From Shigella phage Henu12, in the sequence record OQ834936: a stretch of DNA of 64,000 bases; one strand, written 5' to 3'. Below are positions 1 through 8,892 of this stretch, in pieces. The position numbers and the translations under genes were made by a program. The notes under the pieces were generated by a model. The model was not told the DNA's origin. It did not search any database and saw only the letters and a list, made by a program, of their open reading frames with translations. The first letter of the stretch is position 1. Every line of letters begins with the position of its first letter.

Positions 1-145
1 GGCTGATTGTAAGCTCTGGACAGTCAGACGCTGTAGCTAAATGTGCTGTAAAGAATAAGCACAAACCTAAAACAAATTTCTTCATTTGCACTCCTATTTT
101 GTTAAACATGCAGATAATTATACACTAACCTGCACATTTTTCAAA

Positions 146-170
146 TAAAAAAGGCTGCCGAAGCAGCCCC
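146..170 (-). terminator. intrinsic terminator (GGCTGC-UUCG-GCAGCC hairpin plus U-tract on the minus transcript)
   Basis: Perfect 6-bp GC inverted repeat at 153-168 with tetraloop, followed on the minus strand by a T-run; sits just 3' of the rIIB-like stop. Confidence 0.6.
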
Positions 171-186
171 TTTAGGAATTTACTTA

Positions 187-1308
187 TTAAACTTCACGTT
201 TACGCTGAGAAATCAGTTCACCAGCAGTACCTACAACTACGTGAAGTGCTTCTGAACCATCCCACTCTTTGATGATTTCACGGCGACTATTTACAATCGC
301 TGCAACTTCATAACGGGAAGCTCGCATTTTCATGTCGTTGTAGTCAGTTGGTACTGAAACAACATCACGAGGATGAACACGAACTTTCAGGATAGTGTCA
401 CCAGAGAAGCTAGTTACATAATCCCAAGCACCAACGTGCAGACCCTGAGAGCAGGTTACATGGCGGTTATTATCAACCATCCAACGTGGCATCTCTACAA
501 TGTTACCCAAATCATTTGGAACTTTGCAGGTACGAGAGTCAAACAGTTTACCACCACGAGTTGTGACTTTCTTCCAACCGATGATATAACCTTCTTCATC
601 AATTTCAACATCGAGGTGTGATACGAAGCCCCAAAGTTGTTCTACAGAGTCTTTTGATGGGTTTTCCATCAGTTTTTCAAAGAATGCAATCAGTCGAACA
701 AAGCCATTATCACCTTTCTTCATCATATCCAGAATACGGTCTACCAGAGTTGAGCGCATCTGAACAGCACCGTAATACAGGTTGTCACCTTTGATGGTTA
801 CAGCACCTTGAGTGAAGTTCTCAATAGACTTGCGAATGTTCATCAGTTCAAAAGCTTTCTTGTACTCACCTGAAACAACAGCCATTACAATATCAGTGTA
901 GTTAGGGTGAGTTGACTCAACAATCTCAGACTCTGCACCGAAAGTCATGATAACAGAATCACCAGTAATCATGTATTCAATCTGGCTGTTATTCTGCATT
1001 GCTTCATGCAGAGCATTTACAGGTTCTGCTTTGACTGCTTCTTTAACAGCTTTTGCAACAGGTTTCTGCTTAGATACCTTCTTGGTCGCTTTAACTTTCT
1101 TAGCACTCTTTGCAATATCTTTCAGAGTCTTTGCAGGTTTTGCTTTGGTTTTCCCTGACAGCAGCGTTGCTTCATGGCGCTCTACAGCACGACCTACCGA
1201 ACGGGTTGAAGTGTTATACTTCAGAGCGATTGCAGTTTTGGTCAGTTTACCTTCTTTAACCAGTGCATAGATTTCTGCGTCGATTTGTGCTTTAGTCTTA
1301 GTAGTCAT
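187..1308 (-). CDS. rIIB: rIIB-like protein
   Basis: 373 aa ORF immediately downstream of and co-oriented with rIIA; Lys-rich N-terminal region; C-terminal motif VHPRDVVSVPTDYNDMKMR; assignment rests mainly on synteny. Confidence 0.55.
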   Translation of the reverse strand: MTTKTKAQIDAEIYALVKEGKLTKTAIALKYNTSTRSVGRAVERHEATLLSGKTKAKPAKTLKDIAKSAKKVKATKKVSKQKPVAKAVKEAVKAEPVNALHEAMQNNSQIEYMITGDSVIMTFGAESEIVESTHPNYTDIVMAVVSGEYKKAFELMNIRKSIENFTQGAVTIKGDNLYYGAVQMRSTLVDRILDMMKKGDNGFVRLIAFFEKLMENPSKDSVEQLWGFVSHLDVEIDEEGYIIGWKKVTTRGGKLFDSRTCKVPNDLGNIVEMPRWMVDNNRHVTCSQGLHVGAWDYVTSFSGDTILKVRVHPRDVVSVPTDYNDMKMRASRYEVAAIVNSRREIIKEWDGSEALHVVVGTAGELISQRKREV

Positions 1309-1358
1309 TTCAATATCTCTCTTTGTTGTTTAAAATTACTTAGTGGTTCGTATTCTAA

Positions 1359-1374
1359 GGGGCTTTTCAGCCCC
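1359..1374 (-). other. GC stem-loop GGGGCU-GAAA-AGCCCC (minus sense), no U-tract
   Basis: Perfect 6-bp inverted repeat between rIIA stop and rIIB start; identical copy at 6211-6226. Confidence 0.5.
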
Positions 1375-1388
1375 TGTCAAACTATTTT

Positions 1389-3761
1389 TTAATCCCAGCA
1401 TACAGTATCTTCTGGAATGCTCTTAGTGTCAAAACCTAAAAACTTACCAACTTCGACGGGTGATACTTTATTCCAATCCAGATTAGAAAGCAAGAAGTTT
1501 TCTTTACGGCGTTTCTCAAAGTAATCTTTGAACTTACTTTCAAGACGCTTCTTAGCGTTATCCAGAACCTTTCTTGGCTTACAAGAGCCTCTCATATTCC
1601 TGCGAATGGTATCAAGAGTGCTGGTAATATCTTTGTAAGCAACTGGTGCAGCAGTGTATGCCAAGCGTCCAAACATTGCTTCTATAGCCTCTTCATTCCC
1701 CTCTAAGAAAATAGTCTTCTTAAAGTCTTTACTGTAAATGTGGCCTCTGGACTTACGCTTATCAGCAAACATAAAGTTTCGAGAAATCACATTACAATCA
1801 GTAATATCATGATTATTAGTCATATATTGGTGAGTCAAGAAACGATGATACTCAATCCAATGTGTAGCATCAATGAAATCTTTCATCACTTGTTCATTGA
1901 CTTCTGTCCAGTCTTCAGGAATCTTTTTCCAGTTGGCTTTACGGAAGACATAAACTGACTGTCCAGTTAACTCTGTCATCAACGTTGCAGCACGTTCTGG
2001 TGAACATGAGAAGATTCCACCAATCACTTCATCACTCTGTGCTTTGATATACAGTTGTGGTTCTTCAATCTCATCAAAGTTCTCTTTAACCTCTGTATAA
2101 CGAATCATGTAAGTATTTGGACATATAAATGCTTTATACAGTTTTACAACACCACGTACAATAGTACGTTTTTCATAGTGGTGCTCTTTAGATGACATTG
2201 TATGCACACTTAACAGACTCTTGTCAAGCATATGCAAAGCTACAAACTCATCAAATTGCTGCTGACTGCTGAACAAGAAAGCAATACCATTGTAGCGACG
2301 GAAGTTAGAGTCTTCCTGTTCACGGTCACGGCAAGCTCCACGGATAATCTGGTTTTTACCAGTTGTCTTCTCAGACCCGTTCTTGTTTCGACGGTCATTA
2401 ATAAGGAACAAATAGTTGCTCAACTTGTCTTTACTCATTGCACCAAAGATACTAAACATTGCTGCATCTTGTGAATAAGTTGCTGAAGTTGCTCGAATAC
2501 GGTTCTCCAGACTGCTGTACTTGTAGTATGCTACAGGTTCATACAGATTACCAATATTAGGAACTGGATTACCATCTTTGTCAAGCCTCAAGTTACCTGC
2601 ATCATCTTTCAAGAATGACGGAGAACCATCTGCTTCAGTTAACTGACCACGACGGATACCTAACAGTTTTTGTTCAAGCTTTTTCAAGTTCTGGCCTTGC
2701 CATTCCAGAGAATCTTGGACGTGAATAAAGATTTCACGAGCCTCCTTCCTCATGGTATCATAGGCTTGAGCAGCATCAATCAGAGTTGGCTTGTTAGCAA
2801 TCTCTTTTACCACATCTTCTACGATTGTCTTAGTGATTTTCTTCACAGCTTCAACAATCTTGGTCTTAGTGGTCTCATTCATCTGCAATGCTTCACGAGA
2901 TGCAGCAATAGCCACTGAACCAATTGGCATGTAGATGTTAACAAGGTCTACAGCACTACGGAAGAACTGAGGCAGAATGTTTGTAAACTCTGAGCCAAGC
3001 AACTCACCCATTTCAACCGGATAAGCAATGTTACCCATGATTACATTGAAATGGACGCTGTTACTATTTGAGCGCCAGTTCTCTTTGTACTTCATTGCAT
3101 CATAGACACCATCTTCACGAGAAATGGAAGTCATTGCTTCAAGAATGTCATAGTACTCAACATTACACTCTGGCTTAACTTTAAAGTACGAGTATACATT
3201 GCTCGCTTCTTCATGAAACTTGTTGATACGGTTATCGGATACCGCTACTCGAACAGCTAAACCATTTGGCTCTGTAGTTGGGTTAGTAGTCAACTTAGTT
3301 ACTTGAGGGATACCATTCTCAAGGTAAACTGAGTATTTGTTAACTACACCATCAACATAGCTTGATACAGTGAATGACTGAGCAATTGCAAATGGGGACT
3401 TTGAACCGATACCCATAGCACCAATGTAGTCGTTTGAATCGTTCTTTGTAGATTCTCCATAGGTCATGTAAAGTTTCATAACTTTATCATGAGTCAGTCC
3501 TGTACCAAAGTCACGAACTTCAAAGAATGGCTCGAAACGAGTTGGTAAGTGAACCAAGAAAGGTTTATCAACGTTACCAGAATCAATGTGAGCATCTACT
3601 GCGTTACATGACAATTCACGAATTACAGCACGTTCTTTATATGTGTAAACACCTGAGCTTAGAAGACTGAACATTTCAGGTGTCATCTTAATCTGAGCCT
3701 GAGAGGTTTCCAGTGTACTTGAGCTTTTAATTACCGTTGCGTGGTCATTTACCATGCGCAT
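1389..3761 (-). CDS. rIIA: rIIA protein (GHKL/Bergerat-fold ATPase domain)
   Basis: 790 aa; N-terminal motifs ELSCNAVDAH, DFGTGL, GAMGIGSKS typical of GHKL ATPases as in T4 rIIA; followed by rIIB-like gene. Confidence 0.8.
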   Translation of the reverse strand: MRMVNDHATVIKSSSTLETSQAQIKMTPEMFSLLSSGVYTYKERAVIRELSCNAVDAHIDSGNVDKPFLVHLPTRFEPFFEVRDFGTGLTHDKVMKLYMTYGESTKNDSNDYIGAMGIGSKSPFAIAQSFTVSSYVDGVVNKYSVYLENGIPQVTKLTTNPTTEPNGLAVRVAVSDNRINKFHEEASNVYSYFKVKPECNVEYYDILEAMTSISREDGVYDAMKYKENWRSNSNSVHFNVIMGNIAYPVEMGELLGSEFTNILPQFFRSAVDLVNIYMPIGSVAIAASREALQMNETTKTKIVEAVKKITKTIVEDVVKEIANKPTLIDAAQAYDTMRKEAREIFIHVQDSLEWQGQNLKKLEQKLLGIRRGQLTEADGSPSFLKDDAGNLRLDKDGNPVPNIGNLYEPVAYYKYSSLENRIRATSATYSQDAAMFSIFGAMSKDKLSNYLFLINDRRNKNGSEKTTGKNQIIRGACRDREQEDSNFRRYNGIAFLFSSQQQFDEFVALHMLDKSLLSVHTMSSKEHHYEKRTIVRGVVKLYKAFICPNTYMIRYTEVKENFDEIEEPQLYIKAQSDEVIGGIFSCSPERAATLMTELTGQSVYVFRKANWKKIPEDWTEVNEQVMKDFIDATHWIEYHRFLTHQYMTNNHDITDCNVISRNFMFADKRKSRGHIYSKDFKKTIFLEGNEEAIEAMFGRLAYTAAPVAYKDITSTLDTIRRNMRGSCKPRKVLDNAKKRLESKFKDYFEKRRKENFLLSNLDWNKVSPVEVGKFLGFDTKSIPEDTVCWD

Positions 3762-3793
3762 AAGAATATCTCCTTAGTTGTCGATGTGGCAAA

Positions 3794-3822
3794 CTATATA
3801 ATTTTATAGATGCCACTGTCAA
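3794..3822 (-). promoter_or_regulatory. sigma70-like promoter upstream of rIIA
   Basis: Minus strand reads TTGACA, 16-17 nt spacer, TATATA, about 30 nt upstream of the rIIA RBS and ATG. Confidence 0.5.
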
Positions 3823-3823
3823 G

Positions 3824-4003
3824 TTACTTTTTAAATTTCTTTCCAGTTCCATTACAGTAAGGGCAACAATGACCTATACCAACTACCCCAGAACCTTCAC
3901 ACTCATCACAAGGTTCAGTCTCTGAGAAGTACTTGCATAGTAACATTGCAATAGCAACTATACAACCGAGTGAAAGAACAATTTCTAACCAATAACCTTG
4001 CAT
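3824..4003 (-). CDS. small membrane-anchored DnaJ-type zinc-finger protein (59 aa, below ORF-track cutoff)
   Basis: ATG at 4003 preceded by AGGAG 8 nt upstream; translation MQGYWLEIVLSLGCIVAIAMLLCKYFSETEPCDECEGSGVVGIGHCCPYCNGTGKKFKK has one hydrophobic helix and two CxxCxGxG repeats. Confidence 0.4.
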   Translation of the reverse strand: MQGYWLEIVLSLGCIVAIAMLLCKYFSETEPCDECEGSGVVGIGHCCPYCNGTGKKFKK

Positions 4004-4332
4004 ACCTTATCTCCTATAGTTCTGAATAGGACAAAACTTCTGTCATGAACAATACTCGAAGATACTGCAAAACTATTCTCAAGTATCTTTTTGTTTGGAT
4101 TGTAAAATTCTTCTTGAAACAAATCAAGAGCTTCTTGATGGTTCTGTGGAAGACCTTTGATATAGACCTTCAAAGTAACCGTTGTATAAATCTCAGAAGC
4201 TAACTCTGATTGTGCTGCTTGAAACAGTTCATTGATAAACTTATGACCATCTTCAGGACGCTTAATGTTTTCCCAACGTTCTTCAATGATTAAATTAACA
4301 TTCATCTGTTTAATTTTCATAGTAATCTCCAC
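3985..4332 (-). CDS. hypothetical protein
   Basis: 115 aa ORF, co-oriented, preceded by a terminator and followed by an overlapping small ORF. Confidence 0.45.
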   Translation of the reverse strand: MEITMKIKQMNVNLIIEERWENIKRPEDGHKFINELFQAAQSELASEIYTTVTLKVYIKGLPQNHQEALDLFQEEFYNPNKKILENSFAVSSSIVHDRSFVLFRTIGDKVCKVIG

Positions 4333-4333
4333 A

Positions 4334-4358
4334 AATTAAAAAGGCTCCCGTAGGAGCC
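4334..4358 (-). terminator. intrinsic terminator (GGCUCC-UACG-GGAGCC plus U-tract)
   Basis: 6-bp GC inverted repeat at 4343-4358 with tetraloop and T-run on the minus strand, directly 3' of the Nampt-family gene. Confidence 0.6.
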
Positions 4359-4373
4359 TCTTATCATACTGTT

Positions 4374-6200
4374 TTAAAGTTGCTTGTCAATAGTATTTCG
4401 AACATCACGCAGGTTAACGTAACCATAAGGTTGCGAGTTACTAAATACCAGTTTCAAAGCACTATGACAGTTGTCAATTGCACCTTCAAACTCTGCAAAG
4501 CCAAAACCATCTACAGCTACCAGCTTGTCACCATCCCACATAGGGACAACTCCACCAAAAGCAGACTTCTTAAGACCGCTGTCAGTTTTAGGGTCTTTAG
4601 CCAGCATAATTTCTTGACCATCCATCTGTGCAAGAGTTGCTTTAACAGCAAATGCAAAGGTGTCACGAGTCAGGTACTGATAGGTGTATGAGCCTACACC
4701 AAACACTACGTTAGAACTTGCAAAACCTTTATCAGCAAGACGTGACAGAATCTCATTAGCCCTTTCCAGAGTGATAGAATCACCGTAGATTAGCCCAATG
4801 TGCTCATCCAGTACTTTGTACCCTTTGGAGTTAACAGTGCCACCAAAGATGTTATACAGCGTGTGTATAGCTCCATCAATTTCTGCTGTTAACATACGCT
4901 TCACAGTAAACTGTCCAGTTTTCTGAGCGGTAATCAGGTTGATTGTGTCAATATAATCAAAATCTTCATTTTCAACAACCATCTCATAACCTTCAGAGAT
5001 TAACCAAGCAGAGAACCCAAAACCAATATCAGACATTTCACAATTCAAGATTGTGTCATGCAGATGGGTATTATCTGGTGCAAGACCTTTCATGTGCTTG
5101 TAGAACATTGACTTAGCAGTTTCCCATTCAACGGCTTTGTAACCTGTAACAATGTGAACAGGGTCTCCAGAGTCTGGACGAATTACCAACTTACCATCAC
5201 GATTCAGAATTACATTACGTAGCTCTGGCAGAATCTGTGTAACAGTACGCCAGAAGTTGTAAGTATCTGATACGGCACTTGCAATACCAGTTGGGTAAAC
5301 TTCTGTCAGAAGGCGATGGAAAGTTTCTACCTCACCACGCCAACGTTTGGCATCTAGTAATCCTTCAGACTGCATAATGTACTGTGAGTGAATATCCTCT
5401 TCTGTCAGGTCTTTCATATTCCATGAAATGTTTGCACACATCACAGAGTGTTCAGTTGCTGGTACAGAGTTGCCAATATCACTGATTGTCATAAACTGAC
5501 CATAAGCACGTTTAGCAGTATACACAGCAGGGAAGCTGTCAGTACCTTTAAAGCTGGTCAAGTGACCTACAGCATTAAAAGCATCATCTGTGAAGCCAGA
5601 CATACCACGCATTGCAAAATCATGACACTGCCAAGGTAAATGGAAGTCATTGTCACAGGTCTTGTCAGCCCATTGTTTACAGATACGTTTGTAATGCAGT
5701 GCAATAGTTGCAATCGTACAAGCCTTCCAGATTTCAGCAGAGAAAGCATCTTCAAGGTAACCAGCTACCCAATGGAATCCCTCTACAGTGTTTTTAAAGA
5801 CAATCATCGGGACACGCATAGGGACAATTGTACCTTCCTCTACAGAGTAGACTTCAACAGGTAGGTAACCCAAGTCATGAAGTTCTTCCCAATGTTGACG
5901 ACCAATAGCATCTGCACCAAGGACACCATTCATGATTTCCAAGATTTCGTCAATGGCTTCTTTCTTATCACGTTCAAAGAACGTTGCATTCCAGTGGTCT
6001 ACCAGATAGTCTTTTACAAAACGCTGAATACCAAAGGCTACAACACCATCAATCTCTAACGGAGAGTTAAACCATTTATCTCCACGAGGTGTTAAGTTCA
6101 GCATAAGATACTGTGTAGCATCTGGATACTGGTAGAAATGGCCAGATTTGTAGGCATCTGCATTAAGTGCTGCTGGTACTGCATAAAGTGATTTAGTCAT
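4374..6200 (-). CDS. nicotinamide phosphoribosyltransferase family protein (Nampt/NadV-like; could be a Namat-type NAD+-forming transferase)
   Basis: 608 aa; N-terminus ALNADAYKSGHFYQYP resembles the Nampt start (LLATDSYKVTHYKQYP); GVGSYTYQY-type motifs; about 100 aa longer than canonical Nampt. Confidence 0.8.
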   Translation of the reverse strand: MTKSLYAVPAALNADAYKSGHFYQYPDATQYLMLNLTPRGDKWFNSPLEIDGVVAFGIQRFVKDYLVDHWNATFFERDKKEAIDEILEIMNGVLGADAIGRQHWEELHDLGYLPVEVYSVEEGTIVPMRVPMIVFKNTVEGFHWVAGYLEDAFSAEIWKACTIATIALHYKRICKQWADKTCDNDFHLPWQCHDFAMRGMSGFTDDAFNAVGHLTSFKGTDSFPAVYTAKRAYGQFMTISDIGNSVPATEHSVMCANISWNMKDLTEEDIHSQYIMQSEGLLDAKRWRGEVETFHRLLTEVYPTGIASAVSDTYNFWRTVTQILPELRNVILNRDGKLVIRPDSGDPVHIVTGYKAVEWETAKSMFYKHMKGLAPDNTHLHDTILNCEMSDIGFGFSAWLISEGYEMVVENEDFDYIDTINLITAQKTGQFTVKRMLTAEIDGAIHTLYNIFGGTVNSKGYKVLDEHIGLIYGDSITLERANEILSRLADKGFASSNVVFGVGSYTYQYLTRDTFAFAVKATLAQMDGQEIMLAKDPKTDSGLKKSAFGGVVPMWDGDKLVAVDGFGFAEFEGAIDNCHSALKLVFSNSQPYGYVNLRDVRNTIDKQL

Positions 6201-6210
6201 CTTTTTATCT

Positions 6211-6226
6211 CTCTCAAAGTGGGGCT
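6211..6226 (-). other. GC stem-loop GGGGCU-GAAA-AGCCCC (minus sense), no U-tract
   Basis: Identical to the 1359-1374 hairpin; lies between the Prs-family stop and the Nampt-family RBS. Confidence 0.5.
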
Positions 6227-6244
6227 TTTCAGCCCCTAAAGTTG

Positions 6245-7144
6245 TTATTCAATATTTGCTACGGTCACTTGTGAGAAGTGGGAAAGACCACGGTCTTTTT
6301 CATCCCCTAGTGAGTTTGTAGTGTAGATATGGTCGATACCATTGTCAAGGAGATTTTCAACACCTTTAGAGAAAATCCCATGAGTGACATACAGTTCCAC
6401 ACGTTCTGCTCCAGCTTCACGAAGATACTTTGCAGCCTCGATAAAGGTTCGACCACCGTCACAGATATCATCCAGAATCATGACAGTCTTACCTGTCAAG
6501 TCTACATCATCAAGGATTCGCATACCAGTGATTTCACCAGTTTTCAGGTTTCGTACCTTAGCCATTGTAATATAAGGTTTATCAACCTCTTTAGCAGCCT
6601 CTTCAGTCTTCTTAGCTGCACCTGCATCTGGAGCCACTAAGTAATCAATGCGTGGGTCACTTGCAAAGTGGACTGCTGCCTCTTTTTGAGGGAGGTTGTA
6701 GAAGCTCTTAAACAAATTCTCTGCAACATTACTGTGAGTATCCAGAGCACATACTGCATCGAACTCCATAGCATTTACAAGATTTGCAAAGACTTTAAGT
6801 GCTGCTGCATCACCTTTAAACATGTGACGGTCATAGCGAGCATTTGGTAAGAATCCAAAGACAACAGTTTTCAGAGTTGCTTTCTGAGGAATCAAACGGT
6901 CAATTGCTTCTTTAGCCATAGCTAATGCAAAGAGTGTGTCTTTGTCATAACCTTGTACTGTGAAGACTACGTTTTCAATCTTACCAGCAGCATGTTCAGC
7001 AAAGTCTACTAAGTCTTCTGAGAAGTTACCACCAATCTCCCCAGAAGGGAACTGGATAATGTTGAAGGTCTCTTGATGAGAACCTTTGGAATTTGAATTA
7101 AGTAGAACTCGAATAGTAGTTTTCATAATATTTCTCTCAGTCAA
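6245..7144 (-). CDS. ribose-phosphate pyrophosphokinase family protein (Prs-like; could be an ADP-ribose pyrophosphokinase)
   Basis: 299 aa; Prs-like motifs FPSGEIGGNF (cf. RFSDGE), FGFLPNARYDR (cf. GYARQDRR) and the PRPP-binding loop MILDDICDGGRT. Confidence 0.8.
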   Translation of the reverse strand: MTERNIMKTTIRVLLNSNSKGSHQETFNIIQFPSGEIGGNFSEDLVDFAEHAAGKIENVVFTVQGYDKDTLFALAMAKEAIDRLIPQKATLKTVVFGFLPNARYDRHMFKGDAAALKVFANLVNAMEFDAVCALDTHSNVAENLFKSFYNLPQKEAAVHFASDPRIDYLVAPDAGAAKKTEEAAKEVDKPYITMAKVRNLKTGEITGMRILDDVDLTGKTVMILDDICDGGRTFIEAAKYLREAGAERVELYVTHGIFSKGVENLLDNGIDHIYTTNSLGDEKDRGLSHFSQVTVANIE

Positions 7145-7442
7145 AAGTTACAAATGTTACAGCCATAGCTGATTTACATTTCTTTGGGTCTACAATGTGG
7201 TAGATAACTGAACAGTTTCCTGTTCCGTCTGGTACTGGTTTTGTCCAAGTACGTTCAATATTTGGCTCTCCAAACTCTTTATAGAATCCGTTGGAATAGT
7301 GGTTTACCATCTCAATAGCAAGTGCATCTGGAACGTGACCACGTATCATATACATCTCACAACCATTTCCACCATCACTCACTAGTGGTATAATATCCCA
7401 TTGTTCTCTAGCCATGATAAGTTGCCTCATAAACTGTCTCAA
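7137..7442 (-). CDS. hypothetical protein
   Basis: 101 aa ORF, co-oriented, overlaps neighbours by a few nt. Confidence 0.4.
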   Translation of the reverse strand: MRQFMRQLIMAREQWDIIPLVSDGGNGCEMYMIRGHVPDALAIEMVNHYSNGFYKEFGEPNIERTWTKPVPDGTGNCSVIYHIVDPKKCKSAMAVTFVTFD

Positions 7443-7923
7443 GCTTCAACAAGAGAGATATTGCCAGAAATGCGTATTCCCTGTCAAGCATTGGTGGCAT
7501 ATTATTTATAAGATATGCTTCCTGTTCTTCCCAAGTCATCTTAGGAGCTTCTGGAAGCTTCTCTCCCTGCTTCTGGTTATCTTCTTGAGTCTGGATAAAC
7601 CAGTTCGAGCAATGGTGCTCTCCACCTTTTGTCACGGGCTTATGGTGGCCTAATGTGAAAGCTTTCTTTCCAGAATATCTACAAAGCTTATTAAGAGTTG
7701 CAATAGTGTTCTTGACAACACAGTATTCATAGAGGTTGTCAATAGTATAGTGAGGGTAGTACTGGAACAAGGCACTATCACGAAACTTACCACGGTTCCA
7801 AAGTACCATGTGGTTAGAATTTGAAGGGTCATACTGATGTGAATCGATGAACTCTTGACGCTCATCAAAATCAAGACGAAGAACAGACATTGCAGCAGCA
7901 CGTTTCAGATTTGAATGGTACAT
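7408..7923 (-). CDS. hypothetical protein
   Basis: 171 aa ORF; no motif recognised. Confidence 0.45.
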   Translation of the reverse strand: MYHSNLKRAAAMSVLRLDFDERQEFIDSHQYDPSNSNHMVLWNRGKFRDSALFQYYPHYTIDNLYEYCVVKNTIATLNKLCRYSGKKAFTLGHHKPVTKGGEHHCSNWFIQTQEDNQKQGEKLPEAPKMTWEEQEAYLINNMPPMLDREYAFLAISLLLKLETVYEATYHG

Positions 7924-7931
7924 GATTTCTC

Positions 7932-7962
7932 CAAAATAAAAAGGGAACCTTTTACAGTTCCC
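7932..7962 (-). terminator. intrinsic terminator (GGGAAC hairpin plus U-tract)
   Basis: Inverted repeat GGGAAC/GTTCCC at 7943-7962 with T-rich run on the minus strand. Confidence 0.5.
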
Positions 7963-7975
7963 TAATCATATACGT

Positions 7976-8287
7976 TTACTGAGCTATTTTCAAGACTTTT
8001 AAGAAACCTTCCTCACCAATTGCATCATAAACGTTTTCAGTTGGCTTGATAAGGTTATTCAAGCATACAATTTTCTTACGCTTCTTGTCATAAGTAAGCT
8101 TCAGTTGTTTCAACTCTTTGTCATCTTCAGGGTGCTCATTGTACATCTTCACAGCTTCTTTAAAGCTAATGTAGCCACCACCTAGAGTAAGGAAACCTGT
8201 ACCACAATAGTGGGAGTTGTGTTTATCAGCCATAAACTGGCACAGGATAGAAATCTGAATTTTACGAGTGTTATAAACCTTTTCCAT
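7976..8287 (-). CDS. hypothetical protein
   Basis: 103 aa ORF. Confidence 0.45.
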   Translation of the reverse strand: MEKVYNTRKIQISILCQFMADKHNSHYCGTGFLTLGGGYISFKEAVKMYNEHPEDDKELKQLKLTYDKKRKKIVCLNNLIKPTENVYDAIGEEGFLKVLKIAQ

Positions 8288-8298
8288 TTTAATAATCC

Positions 8299-8556
8299 TT
8301 ACTTGCTACGTTTACGGTTGCGAGCTTTTTTAGCTGCACGTTTAATTGCTGCTGCACCAGTTTGGCGATGAGCTTGCTTCTTACCACCTTTACCACGTCC
8401 AACATGGATGTAAGGTTGCTGTTCAATCTGGCTTGCAAGAACCTGTGCAACTGCTGAAGCGTCTACTCCAACCTGCTTACCAGTCATTGAAACGATAGCT
8501 GCTGCTTTTGCCAGAGCTGCTAAGAAACCTGCTTTCATGTTTGAAAAAATTCCCAT
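8299..8556 (-). CDS. hypothetical small protein with Ala-rich N-terminus and highly basic C-terminus
   Basis: 85 aa; C-terminal KRAAKKARNRKRSK. Confidence 0.4.
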   Translation of the reverse strand: MGIFSNMKAGFLAALAKAAAIVSMTGKQVGVDASAVAQVLASQIEQQPYIHVGRGKGGKKQAHRQTGAAAIKRAAKKARNRKRSK

Positions 8557-8571
8557 TTTAATATCTCTCTG

Positions 8572-8892
8572 TTAAAGTTTAATACAGAACTGCTTCAGTT
8601 CTTCTTCTGTTACTGCGACAACTTTATCATCAACTCTCAAGTTTGTCGCGTAAAAGTTTGAGAAATGTGCTTTGTATTTTACTTTAAATACTCCGGCGTC
8701 CTCAATCTGCTTCAAGGCTGTCATTCCAGTGGAATCAAATAGGCTTTTTGTGTAGTTTCTCCACTCTTCAAGAGTTTCTGGATTGACTTTATAGCTACCA
8801 AACAGTGACATGTTACAAGCTACCATAACAATCTCACCACGTTTGAATCCACCATTACTCTGTACGCCATTGACAGTCGCCTTGCCAGCCAT
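8572..8892 (-). CDS. hypothetical protein
   Basis: Start chosen at the internal ATG (8892) that has a GGAG RBS; the longer ORF-track version would overlap nrdG by about 120 nt. Confidence 0.4.
   Translation of the reverse strand: MAGKATVNGVQSNGGFKRGEIVMVACNMSLFGSYKVNPETLEEWRNYTKSLFDSTGMTALKQIEDAGVFKVKYKAHFSNFYATNLRVDDKVVAVTEEELKQFCIKL

Noticed and set aside
1389-3761. GHKL ATPase protein as a topoisomerase II or gyrase B subunit
   Set aside because: No TOPRIM or transducer region follows the ATPase domain, and the gene is followed by an rIIB-like gene; the rIIA interpretation fits better.
7408-7923. 171-aa ORF as a possible NMN adenylyltransferase completing a classical salvage pathway
   Set aside because: It contains LGHH but not the GxFxPxHxGH nucleotidyltransferase signature or a Rossmann-like N-terminus; left as hypothetical.
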